A stretch of DNA of 42,301 nt from NCBI GenBank assembly GCA_000708835.1, contig DF237650.1, positions 1-42,301 on the forward strand, written 5' to 3'. The notes beneath the pieces were generated by a model. The model was not told the DNA's origin, made no database searches, and was given only the letters and a program-made list of their open reading frames with translations. Source of the DNA: Klebsormidium nitens. Its lineage: Eukaryota; Plantae; Klebsormidiophyceae. The translations under genes were made by a program, and so were the position numbers. Below, one piece after another: positions 11,953 through 24,600 of the stretch (position 1 is the stretch's first letter; each line of letters starts with the position of its first letter).

Positions 11953-13374
11953 GATTGGAGAAGCGGAGTAAAGTCAAGACCAGGCTGGGCGTGGCGTTGC
12001 TTTTATGGAGCGATTGTGGCTCAGACACATTGTCGCTGCGGTGAATGTGACGAAGGTTCTTCCGAATGCAGATTGAGGACGATTCGGCGACGGATGGCTT
12101 GTATGGGGCATACAGCCCGTCAATACGAAGCCCCAAGACGCGTTTCATTTGGGACCCCCCCACCGGACCCAACACGCCTCGAAGCGGGTAGTTAGAAGAA
12201 GTTTCCGTGCACCCAGTCGTTTGCCTGAGGGCTTATTTTGTTCACCTGTCCGAAGCTGCGCACTAAAAATGCTGTTGCTTGAGAGTCCTTGTCCTCACAT
12301 GGTCCGCTTCTCATCGAAGCAAAGCCACTTGCTTTCTTATTTTCATGTCTGATTTTCATGCACTAGACTTGGGCTCGTACTTGGGCTGATTTTCAAATGG
12401 ACTTTGCTGACTTCTATCACCGTTACACCGCTCTGGCCTACATCCCAGGATACTTGCTGATTTACCTAGAGCATGTCAGAACTGTGTGGTAGAGCTAGTG
12501 CAGCTGCTAATATTGCAGACCAGGCGCCTCATGCCAGCTTATGCGCACACTGCTTTTACAGTGACGGTGACAGGTTTGACTTGCTACTAAGCAGGCAGAT
12601 TGCATTCGATGGCTTTGCGGCCCGGCGGCATGATTGAGTTGATTCAATTCGATTTGATTCGATCCATGGCCGTGATCATGAATCCATGCAGTCACCTTCA
12701 ATGCTCACACACCGTCTACAAATCTGCATGGCTCTAGCTATCTCTTAAGAGCATGGAGTGTCGATCCTTGTAACAATCATGGCCGCGGGCCGCTGCCGTC
12801 GACTTAGTGCAAGTGCGCAGAATCCACGAGGCGTAGATCGTGGTCAATAGATCTGCACCGTTGTTCATTAACCCGCGGCAGATGCATGCAATCGACCATG
12901 CGCGCGCAGCTTTAAGGGGCCCGCGTATGGTACAGAAATTTTCATGGTGAGAGTTACATATGCTCCAAAGTCGATTGCAAAACCGATCCGATCAACACTT
13001 AATCCTGGTGCGTGCATGCATGCAATCATGGAAGTTGATGCTCATTATGTCATGCATGTGCCGCGCACATGTGTCACTGGCCCGCGCGTAACAATGGCAT
13101 CCGACAGAACCGTCGATCAGTGGCATGTACATGTACTCCATTGTACGTCGTCGTGCAACACCGAGCTGCAGTGCAGGAACGGGGATTGAGCTCTAGCCGC
13201 CCCATGCAAGGCTCTGATAAAAAACGTGGCATGCAGCCATCAAGGATAATTTAGCAACGCGCAGTGATTCTAATGCAGACAGTCCTGCATCGCATGGCAA
13301 TCCCTCTTTCGAGTTGACGTCGATTGTTTTGAATGCGGGGCCGTAAGAAGAGAACTCGTCAAAGTCAATCATGT

Positions 13375-16300
13375 CTATCTTTTCAAAAAAAGATTCTCGT
13401 CCTGTAATTTATCGTACAAATGTTCAACGAACTCAGCATAGCCGTTGTAAAACTTCGTCGGCAAGGAAGGCCCGTCCGGTATGGACCATTCCGACGCTTG
13501 CGACCACCGGGGATGGGGAACGTCCGGATTCACCTAGCAAAGGAGAACAATTCCGCATGGGTTCCAAATGTTTGCCCGTTTTTGTGCAAGTGGAAGGCAA
13601 GCTTTCACGAAGTCGGGCTGGTGGCTCCAACGGGGCAACTTATGGCCGCAAGCAGCTCGACAGTGAGCAGTCAGGAAGAACCAAAGCGCAAATGGCATTG
13701 AGATGAAAGGCAAAGGCAACACGTGTTGACCAGAGTCCCGCAAACTCGTAAACGCCCCGCAAATTGAATCGCGCCGCAACGGCGGGCTTCAAAGGACAGT
13801 CTGTAATATCCAACCAAAACGGATTGTCGGCAAGAAAAGCTTTCCCTCAAGCATTTCGAACCCCACGTTGCTCGGAACAGTCTTTTGAAATATTCTAAAA
13901 AGCAAATGCGCGGTCTCAGAACGACTCTCACGTTCGCCCAGAAGCCGTACTCCACCCCGTCCGCCTTCTCCCAAAAGGTGCGCGGCCGCTCCGCAGTGTA
14001 GCTGATGCGCACGATCGTCTTGATCGACTTGAAGCCGTACTTCCAGGGGATCACCAGCCGCAGAGGGGCGCCATTCTGCAGCAAAACCGCCGGTGCTTGA
14101 AGTGTGCGGAGACGGAATACATTACCAGACCGCAGACAGCATGTAAGTAGTAGGTGGCCGAAGAATGCTTTGGAGGTTCTCAAGGAGTGGCAAAACTGAA
14201 GAAACAGTCCCTCTTAAGGAGGCAGGGACAAACCCATTGACTGCTCCACGGTCTGCTTGTTTGGATTAGGCCAGATACTTCAGTTGTCCAAGCCCTGCTA
14301 ATCCTGACGACCTTGGATTTGCGTCCTGTAAACTGAGCCCTTCTTGCAGGGGCCTAGCTACTACATCATCTACCGTACACTGTGCATGTTTAGAGTAGAG
14401 CGGCTCTCACTGAGGACTCATGAGAGCCGGGTGGATATTTCATACTCAAGACAGCGATTGAAAGCAGCCCATGTTTGATTGTCATCAGAGTATTAGGAGA
14501 CGTCTCTGGACTCTCATGAAGAAACCGCTGAGAAATGCGCACGGCCACGAAGGCGAGCCTCGCGCAGAAGACCGTCAAAAATCAATGCTTCGAGGAAAAA
14601 GCATATAATTTTCGCACACTCAGATACATCAAACTTTCAATCCCAGATGATCTTGAGACTGCGTCTTGACTTCCATTTTGCACAAACTGCCCACCTGCGG
14701 CGGCAGCGGCTGCTGGAAGATCCCGACAGCCACGAACGGAGCGTTTTAACCCTGGGTTTACGCTTTCAGTCAATCATTACTCATAATGTATGGCGCTTTA
14801 CCCTCTTCTCGAATCCAGAGATACGCCATTTTTTTAAAACACCAACCTGCGGCGGCAGCGGCTGCTGGAAGATGCCCACGGCCACGAACGCGAGCTCGTT
14901 GCGCGCCTCCGCGAGCGTGAGCGCCTCCACGTACGGCCACTGGTACGCGCTGAACGCGCTGGCGGTCGCTCGGACGGCATACGATTCGAAGCGGACGTAC
15001 TGAGCGTCCGCGGAGGGGGGGACCATGTCCAGCAACCGAGAGAGGGGAAAGCCGATCCACGGGACGACCATGCTCCACGCCTCGACGCACCTGGGGGGAA
15101 GAGAAAAATGAAGGCGATGAGAGAACGGCCCGTAAATAGGCAGACAAACTGCTCCGCAAGGTGCTCGCTCGAAAAAAATTCGGTTTCGATTGCATAAAAG
15201 GGAGTAAAGTCAGGAGACTCGAGCGAGTGGGCGGTTCCGAGTTGGATACGGGGGACAATGCAAACCGGTATAATGGCCGTGAACCGCGGATCCCTCGATC
15301 GTTCTGACGTTTGGAGTGATCCGACGCACCAGGCGGGGAGCGGCACATGCGAGAGGAAGAACGCTCGTGCTCTGTAGCGACTCTCAGAATCAAGAGAGGT
15401 GAAGCTGGTCCGGCACGGCGCCCCCTCGGAGCCGAGGAAACCGTCGCAAGCACACTTTTTCTTCTTCGCACCCCCGGGAACTCTATGATTTGCAAGTGAT
15501 TCAAGCAACGCGGGCAGATCCAGCAAGGATCTTACGAGAACTGTTACAATCTTGGCTGCGTTAAGGCCCTGCAGCTAGCATAAGCGCGAGTTGGGCGACC
15601 TAATTGCTGAGGTGCCAGCCCATTTCCGCCCCCGCTGGCATCTTCCGGACACAAAGAACACCTGAGACGAACAGTGAATCGTGGGCTCCGAACCCTTCGT
15701 TGAGATCTGCCATTTTTCAAACCCAGGAAGTTTGAAAAACCAGGCCCCGAGCCCGACCTGTGCCTGTAGAGGCGCTCCTCTAGCGGGCCGGTGTTTGCGA
15801 GCATGGTGGCGAGGTTCACGTCCAAGGAGGCCCCGTCCTGCGTCAGCCCGTCGAAGCGCACGGTCCAGGCAGGGTTGGGCGTCATCCCGATCGCGGCTGC
15901 ACGAGGCCCGATGAACTTAGCTACCTGCGGGGAAACGAACTGTGTTCGAAACCCCTTTGTCGAACAGTGTTTTTGAGGCACTGCTATACGGTACAAACCT
16001 TTCAGGAGCATGCATGGGGAGAGGTAAGGTTAGGGGGTCGATCCTGGGTCATACTTTGGAAGAGAGACGAAGCTGGAATGTGACATCATGCGGGCCAGAG
16101 CTTCTGGAAGTTGCGGTGACAGCTCGAAGGCGACCAGTTGGGAAGCGGGGGCGGCGAACATCGACCTGCGAACTGGCCCAAGTTCGTAGCCTACTTGCAG
16201 GCGCCGCGGACCAGCAAGATGAAGCCACAAGTCAAAATCCGGGAAAATGCCAACGATGGCATATTTGCTGAACCTCGAAACAGACACACTTAGAAAACTG

Positions 16301-17549
16301 CGTGCTTCAAAGGGGGTTTGATCAAAATGAAGAGACCTAAGCTTCAATCCCCCAATGATTTGATGTGAGTTGAGATTGACATTGATGTGAATCAAGTCAA
16401 AAACAAACATAGCACAAGCTGATTCATTACTGAAAAAAGGCCGTCTGTCCAGAGCGACTGGCGCACAAAACTCGTTTGGGAAAAGTCCTTCCCTCCACTC
16501 CTCAGCTGTTCTCAGACTGCACCATCCGCTTTAGAACTCAGAACCAGTACACTTTGGGAGATGCAAGTTCGACATCTTCCGTGGTTGGGTTGCTGTGTAA
16601 AAGCCTACAGGAGTCTACGTAGTTTGCTGACAGATTTTACCAAGGAAGTGGGTTTTTAAGTGCAAGGAAGTGACTCACCCTCTTGTCTGTCGAGAACTCG
16701 AAGAAGTTGTTGTAATTGAAAACAGTCTCTGTGGCCGTGATGTCCCTGTCATCTACTGTGTAGTGCAGGTTTCGGGGGACCCCTTGAAAGAGCGAATCTG
16801 GCAGCCGGGCGCTGAGGTTGAGGCGGGACGTCGCCAGATGCCCTGGTGAAGGAAAGGTCGAGAACGAAGTATTAGATCAGCAAGTGCAGAACCCTGTGTC
16901 CTAGTGGCGAGCAGCAGACACGTTCCTACCAGTAGAACCTTGAAAGGAAAGACGTTCCAGTCTTTCCATGTGAGTGGTCAGGCGTTGCATCAATCTCCTG
17001 CACATTGGACCACTGACTCACAAAATCTACAGCGCGACACTTGGAAACAGATTGGGCGCCTTCTCTACAAAAACTCGGCAAAGTGTTCTTGAAAACCGTT
17101 ATCTCCTTCAGGATTGCTAAACGCTCAGCACAGTCGACTCACCGGGTATGCTGTCATGAAACCCCGACTCGGCTGACACTGCCAGATATAAGAATACTCC
17201 CCCTCCCACAACCCCACATAATAGCACCACCGATGTTACCACAAATCCCGCCAGGTAAAGCAGTTCCCTCCAGGCAGACCGCCTGTGAAACTCCCCCCTC
17301 AACAGGGCCTCGTTGTCCCCATCCTCGGACACACTGGCATCAGGGGCCTTGTTGGGGCCGTTGTCGACTTCAAGAGGCAGTCTGTGAGAAGGGGCAGACG
17401 TCCCAACACCATCTGTGGAGCACAGAATTCAACACTCGAAAGATCCTGAGAAGGGGTGTGTTCCAATTGAGCAATTGAGGCATCTTGAAGTGTGCTGGGA
17501 GGGGCGGGGCTCATTAATACGTACATGATCGTTCGCAAACTGCCAGCAT
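13375..17549 (-). CDS. msrP: MsrP/YedY-family molybdopterin protein-methionine-sulfoxide reductase catalytic subunit, spliced, with N-terminal membrane anchor
   Basis: Exons (high to low) 17412-17143, 16842-16679, 15924-15758, 15090-14847, 14075-13932, 13533-13375; GT-AG with consistent phases. The first exon is uncertain (17549-17525 proposed; an ATG|GT at 18147-18145 is also possible). Motifs [54 protein letters not shown] and [22 protein letters not shown] closely match E. coli YedY as recalled. Confidence 0.93.
14535..14890 (-). repeat. Degenerate tandem copies of the 3' end of an MsrP exon, including its splice donor
   Basis: Exon segment 14847-14890 is repeated at 14695-14738 (41/44 identical, followed by its own GT donor). 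A shorter, more degenerate copy lies at 14535-14558. Confidence 0.85.
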
Positions 17550-18631
17550 CTTGTACACCTAAGAGATACTATGATGAACTCCATTGGCAGAAGAACGGTA
17601 GTGGTGGTCTGCCAACGACGAGTCACGATTGGCTGGCGCACAGTGATTATGCTTAAATCTAATTGAGTGGTCCTGACCATGGTGAATGACCGCACCACTG
17701 GTGCACCCTTGAATGTATGTTTATCCTATGCAGCCGATTCCACCGTATCCTCTTCCCCGCACTTTCAAGTTTTGCAAGTTATTCAGCATAGCAAATTTAT
17801 CGGGCTTTGCGACCAGTCAAGCGCGCGCATTACTGCCACCACATTGGTGGCATCCCCAGAACAGAATGAAGAAGCAGAGAAACCCACTTGCCTTCAACGT
17901 CGCTGCTTTCTTCTCTTGCCGTGCGCACATAGCTGCCCATGTTCCTCTCAATTCAATCAGCTAGGTCGCCCCTTGACAAAAATCAGCACTTTGCAGGCAC
18001 CAAAGGACTAAACGAACTCCCAGTATCACACATGCAAGGCTGAGCTGTCCTCAGTTGACCAAAATCAGAAAAGCACTGCTTATCCATCTTCTTCCTCAGG
18101 CCTGGCCTGCTTTGTACAGTTGAACTTCGACCGCCATTCCTCACCATGGCGCGCTTCACGAGGAACAATGTGAGCAGCTTGCAAAATCGTTAGGTTGTCG
18201 AATCTTCAGGCTGAGTAGAGCACGGTTTTCGGGTTCTGCAGCGCCGCCACCTGCGCCCGAAAATTGCGATCAACCAAGATCCTGGCGACCATCTAGAAGT
18301 CCGTGCCCCTCTAGTAACCTGCCCCTGCAACGCGAGCTTTTTAAGCGTTCCATGAGAGGGTCATTATCCAGAATCCACCTCATGCACACGTGGTCCACGT
18401 GGCGATTGCTTCCCCGTGGCTGCACACTCGCCAGCTGGGGGGTCACGTACGCCCCATTTGCAGGGCGTCAATGGCTTCCTGTGAGGTTCTTCTCATTCTT
18501 CCTGAGATCAGATATTTCCTTCTGCTCGTTTCCCAGGTGCCCCCCGCTGGCGGGCCGCCATGGCGCTTGCCAGGCACCGGAGGCATGGCTGACGTTGACA
18601 GTGACGTCAAGGGCGTAATTTGAGCCCCAGA

Positions 18632-21600
18632 ATGGCGGTCAGCAGCACCGCCGCCACCACGCGCAGCGCTTGGCTGCAGGCGGAAGGGTGTGGGATCGGG
18701 AGGAATGCCCATGGAACGGGGCAAACAAACGTAGAATGTGGGTTGATGGGGGGGATGCAATCTTTCCGGGGGGGTGGGCACAGCAGCTGGCCAAGCTGCT
18801 CGTTTCTGGGGGCCTCTGGAGCTGTCCGCAAGCTGAACGCTTTTGGTGGAAAACCGTTGGGGCGATATGCGGCGCATTCCTCTCTGCGAGGCCGCTCATG
18901 GAAGCCGCTTGCGGTGAGGTCTGAGCTTGCTTCTTCGGACACGCCTCCGCCAAAACTGGACCAAAACCCTGAGTCTGGTGTGAAAGCGGCTCCGCCAGAA
19001 GCAGACGAAAACCCTGATTGTGAAACCCCCGCCCCCTCCGCTGGGCGGCGTGCATTTCTAGCGTCCGGCGCCGTCCTCCTCACCGCCGCCGCCTGGCAAA
19101 CCTCTGCTCGCAGCGACACTCCGACCCCAGCCCCTAGACGGCTTACCACCCGCGCTGAGCGAAAGAAGATGAAGGCCGAGGCGGAGGCGGCTGCCGCGAA
19201 GGCGCCTCCCCGTCCCGAGTCTAGGGTGTATGACTCGTCGGTTTTGGGGGAGCCCACGAGTCTGACGTCGAAGGAGGGGGTGTGGAAAAAGCTGGCGGGG
19301 AGCAGGGTGGTGTATCTGGGGACCACGGAACGGGTGCCTGTGGCGGAGGATCAGGTGGGCGGGTGCTGAAGGTTCGGTACGCCAAGGGGGTTGCTTCTGA
19401 ATTCTCCATCACTGGAACACGATAAGCCTCTGTCCGGCTTTGCAAATATCTAATCCGAGGTTGTTTTGCAGCTTCATTGTCAAAGTGTTCAGTGCACTAC
19501 AACTTAAGTCGTCCATGTAGTTTGATGTTAGCTTGTCAGGCATAGCTCGGGATTTTATGTACTAGTGCGGCCGGCTGTCTTCGAGAGAAAAGGTGGTTGC
19601 ACTTTGAGGACTCTCGATGGCATCCGGATTTCGCCGCTTGCTGGCCCTAGCTGACGCCAGCTGACAATTCTCATGTGCAACCATCAACAGCAAGTGATTT
19701 GCCGTTCTGGTTGTCTCCATGAGATTGCAGCTCGCGCTGACCGTCGCCCACATTCCCCCCTCTGCAGGAGCTCATCCTTGAAATTACGTCCAAGCTGCGC
19801 AATCTGTGCTTCAAGGAGAGGCGGCCTGTGACCATCGCCCTACAAGTCTTCCCTCGCACGCTGCAGGAACCCCTCAACTGGTACATGGGCTACAGGTCAG
19901 CGAGCTTATGCGCCAAGGTTGCGCCCTTATATTTTCAATGATTCACTGTGCCTTGCGAAAGTCTCTGTAAATCTGCATTCAAGTCGGAATGGACGCCCTT
20001 CGCAACAGAATGATGTGGCAGAACTACTGTCCAGTGCTCCAGCATCGGGCCCGCCCGTGTGTTTATCTACCTCTGTATGCTGCACATGAAGCGCCTCTTA
20101 GGCATTGACGGCGCCCGATGGATTCGTGCTCTTTCGACCAAAGCTCCCCACTATTCCGACCCTTCCATTAGCTCCATCAAATACCGCCCTGTCACCCCTC
20201 ATGAGGGTGCTCCCGCCCTGACCCCCCCCCACATACCAGACTTGCAACGGGTCTTTCTATCTCCTCATCAGACACTCATAGAATTCTGATTTCCCCCCCA
20301 GGCTGACCGACGCCCAGCTGCGAGCATACGTGTATTACTGGCCCGAGGAGATGTTCCTGCGCTACCTGCCCCTCCTCAAGTACTGCCGCGACAACGGCGT
20401 CCGCCTCTACGCGTGCGGCGTGCCCTCCCAGATCCTGCGCACCGTTCTTATCGACGGCGTCGAGGGTCTTTCCCCTGAGGACCGGAAAATGTACGCACCT
20501 CCGAAGAAAGGCGGGGGGCTGCTCGCGCTGAACACAAGCGCGATCCAGGTGGCCGGAGACATGCCGGGGCCGCCCTCGGCGTCGATCACACTGGAGAGGA
20601 CCTACTTCCGCTTTGCCCAGGTGCGGATTTCGAGACCGTCGTTGGTCGCACCCAGGAGTCGCAAACGAGGATACCCTGGTTGTTGATTGGTCCGGTCGTT
20701 TGCGTGAAGCGGCGAGAGCGAACTGACTGCGAATACGTTGACCCACGATCAATCAGTATATTGACAGCTGGAAGTGCAGACGGTACAACGGCTTGTGAAG
20801 TCGGCTCCTCAGAGGCTTCCAAACCGGGTCCCAACATGAAGGGTGTCAGCCGTGCACTACGGGAAACAAAGGGTTAGAGGCGAAGCTTCCAAGCACAGAC
20901 TTTGTGCGAGACGAACACTGGAAAAATCTCACTTCTTTGATTTAGAGTCACTGCAGCCTCACGTGCTTTTCGACAACTTCTCATATCCTCAGACTGGCAA
21001 TCGTAACAACCTCTCCTGGTTTTCCTCTCCCAGGCTCGTTCCGTCGTAGATTACAGCATGGCCCTCGCCATCGCCGAGGGCATCAACGCGCAAGGCAACA
21101 TGGGGGTCATGATCGCCGTAATGGGCGCCAGTCACACCGCGTACGGTTCGCGCGGGCAGGGCGTGCCGGCGCGGCTGGCGGGCAAGCTGAAGCGGCAGGG
21201 GCAGACGGTGGTCATGCTCAACCCCGAGGCGCAGTACAACCGCAAGGAGGGGGACGTGCCAGTCGCGGACTTCCTCTGGTGAGCGCGAGGTTGTAAAGCG
21301 CTGGTAGATGGAAGAAGGGCAGATATCGGTTGAGATTATTCTTCCTCTGTGGTGTGATTTGGGCGAAAATTGCTTCGCTGTCCCACTCACTATACGGCTT
21401 GAAACGCTCGATCCATGTGTGGCCTGTGGACGGTCCGAGGGGTCCCCCGGACGTGCCGAGTGGGGCTGAGGCCACTCTCAACCCCGCAAATCTGGTGAAA
21501 CTCTTTAGCTGAAAGCAGAAGAGGATTTTGAACAGATATATCACATCTCCCTTCACCCCCTCTCCTTGCCAGCCAGTCCTCACGCTCCAAGGTGTGTGTG

Positions 21601-24600
21601 CACAGCCAGTTGGAACGAGGAGACAATATGAAGTGCGGAGAGCAGCGCGCAATCAAATCAGCTCAGTTTCCCTGGCCTTCCCACCCCCGGCAGGTACTCC
21701 GGCACCAAGGTGTGCACGCGCAACTGCTTCGACCGTGCGGAGGTGGCGCGCGTGATGGACGCGGCGGGGCGCGTGCGCGAGGCGCTGCCGACGGACATCC
21801 AGGCGGGGCTGGACCAGGGGCTCATCCCACCGGACGTCCTCAAGGACTTCTTCGAGCTGCAGAGCTCGCCGCTCATGGCCTTCTTCACCGAGCGCTTCCA
21901 GGGCCTGCGCGAGAGGTGGTGAGTGCCCGGGGATCCGAACCGGGGAAAGGCGCTTCGGAGGCAATGGCGGGTCGGGGCGTGCGTTGGAAACCTGGAGGGA
22001 CAGTTGTCAAAGCTTGCGCTGCCAAAGTCTGCGATATTGCGGGACAGCAGAACTGCTTGATTGAAAAGTGGGATGACGAAGAAAACTTGTGGCCAAGGCT
22101 TTTTTCTGTCTGACAGCCGTGCTGGGCTTCACGTTTGCCGTTAGACGACCTACCCGGGTCTTCGGTTACGCGGCGTGTACGATCATCTGGCGTATATGCG
22201 CATCATCATTGCTAAAGAAGTGATCTATGTGTTGACCGCTTGCTTGTTGGGTGGTTTCTCGAGAGTGTCAGAATCCACGGCTCACGCTCGATAATATTGC
22301 AGGCTGGCCGACCCCCGCTTCCTTCAACGCCTGGGCATCGAGGAGGCCATCTCCATCAGCACCACGCTCGCGGCACAGTACCAGAAGCGGGGGGCCAAGT
22401 TCTGGAGTAAGCGCACCCCCCTGCTGGCGCGTTTTGCGAGTTCCATTAATCCCACACACTCGCCAACGAGTCGCTGTGTCGCTCACACCGGTCACTAACA
22501 ATCGATTGTTCCACTCCAGTGCAAGGGCGTTTCGAGCATCTCGAGGAAACGTCACTCAAGTCCTAATCCCTTCCACCACTTAAGTTCAAGGCCTTTAGAA
22601 CCCCTCTTCCATTCCTTCAATCTCGCGACTGCGCTGCGGCCATGTTCAGTTTTCCCCGTACGATTCGCAAAAGAACCTCTCATTCCACCTCCCTTTTGTG
22701 CCCCCACTTGCCGAATGATCATAAGTCATAATACTCATAATCATAGTCATAATCATAACCATAATCATAATCATATCGGTCCCCCAACCCCCAGGCGAGC
22801 TGGAGTACGTCATCACTGACGTGTCCCGCGGCGCGGTCGTCGACTTCTTCACGGTGTGGCTCCCCGCGCCGACGCTCTCCTTCACGCCCGTCGACGAGTT
22901 CGGGGCCAGCGGGTTCCCGACGCTCTTCTCCGGCCTCCCCGAAAACGCGTTCCAGCGAGGGAGCCTCGGGCGGCACTGGGGGCTGCGCGAGCGCGCGCTC
23001 GCAGTGCTCCTGGGGGGCGCGAAACTGTTCCTGGTCGGCGCGGTGTCGAGCGTCGGGACCGTCGCGATAACCAACGGGGTGAAGGGACTGCAGGAGCGGC
23101 TACGGCCGCAGGTACGGGTTTTTGCGCTTTCGGAGTTGCGAGCTTTTCGTTTTTAAAGGACGTAAAAGCTGTAAATTCAAGGCAGGGGTGTGATTGGAAG
23201 TGCGCGCGTGTGAGTCTTGGATGCGTGGTCGGGGCGCTTGTCGTGGTCTGTACCGTTGCCGTACAGTGCGATCATTGCATCAGCGAGCTTCGAGACCCGC
23301 AGATTGAGGAGCATCGTACCGTATAACGAACGAACGACGGTAGAGTCCTGCGTGATTCCATGTCCCTCGGTGGCTCGAAATTTCGACAAGCTGCTCATTT
23401 GGAGCAAGACGCGGCCGCCAACCAAGAACTCGACAATAATGAGACTCGCTTTCGAGCACGTGCTGTCGGGAAAGCTGCCTTCAGGAAGGACGACTCTGCT
23501 TTCTCTGCGCCTAAAATATGGTCGTTCACTTCCCTTGCTCTTGAAGAGACGCTCTCCCAATCCTGACGTCGGCTTTGCTTGATCCAGGTCGAGAAGCCTG
23601 ACGCCGTGAAGCGTTCCCCGGTGTTCAAGACCGCCTTCGTGTACGCCTCCTTCTTGGCCACGTCAGCCAACCTGCGGTACCAGGTGAGAGGCCGCAGAAG
23701 CGGCGCCGCCGGGGCCAGTTGCCACGTGTCATTAGGAGTCGGGATCCGTATAATTTGTGCGCGCACGTAGGGTACCTCGAATGGAGGCAGGTTTGAGCAG
23801 CGTTTCCGACTCTCGGCAGCGTTTCCGGCTTTCCGTCTTCCCCGGAACAGCTCGTTGAGCGCCGTGCTGCTCGGTCGACCCGTCGCAAACATGGTTTCTA
23901 ATGAAACGTTCTGACGGACTTGTTTTCATTCACAAAAGCCTGATCCAACAGTGCACTTCCGGTCTCCATAACGGTCAACACTAACTTTCGCTTCGCTGGC
24001 TTCAGGCCATTGCCGGCATCGTCGAGAACTGGGTGGCGGACTACTATTTGGCGCCCTGGCCGCTCGCCGGCGCCGCGCTTTCTTTCACCGCACGCACAGT
24101 CAACTCCTTTTGGGGCACTGCGGTAAGCCTACGCTCCTTTCCGCTCCGCGCGCACAAAGTGGCTGACATTCGTGGATCGTCGGCCGGGCTAAGGTTTAAA
24201 CACGCGGCTGCTTCAGTGCGTTTGTTCTGGGCTTGCACAACGCTGGGCCAGCTATGAGATGAGGTCTCTCCTACTTCGAGTCGAACAAACGCTGCTGTTG
24301 CACGATTCTTTCCTATTCCCTGCGGATCTTCTTGCGTCGTACGTGGAGTGCCCGTCCAGTTTCTTCGCTGCTTCCTTCATCCGCTCATCAACCAGGAGTC
24401 GAAGTAGAGAGGAGTTTTTCTTTCTTTGCAGCAATGGATCGACCTGGCGCGCTGGGCTGGGCTCCAAGCGCACAAAGACGAAATTGTGAAGCCCCCCGAA
24501 ATGGGCATTCCCAAGCCCCCCCTCCCCGGCCTCCCGCTCACAACCACCGGGGAAGACAACTTCCCGGTGACGGGGGGTCACTCGACCGCTGATTCTGCGG

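Noticed and set aside
14834-15526. Long overlapping ORFs (230-244 aa) around the MsrP exon
   Set aside because: Intron read-through and alternative frames of a GC-rich exon, with no domain signal.
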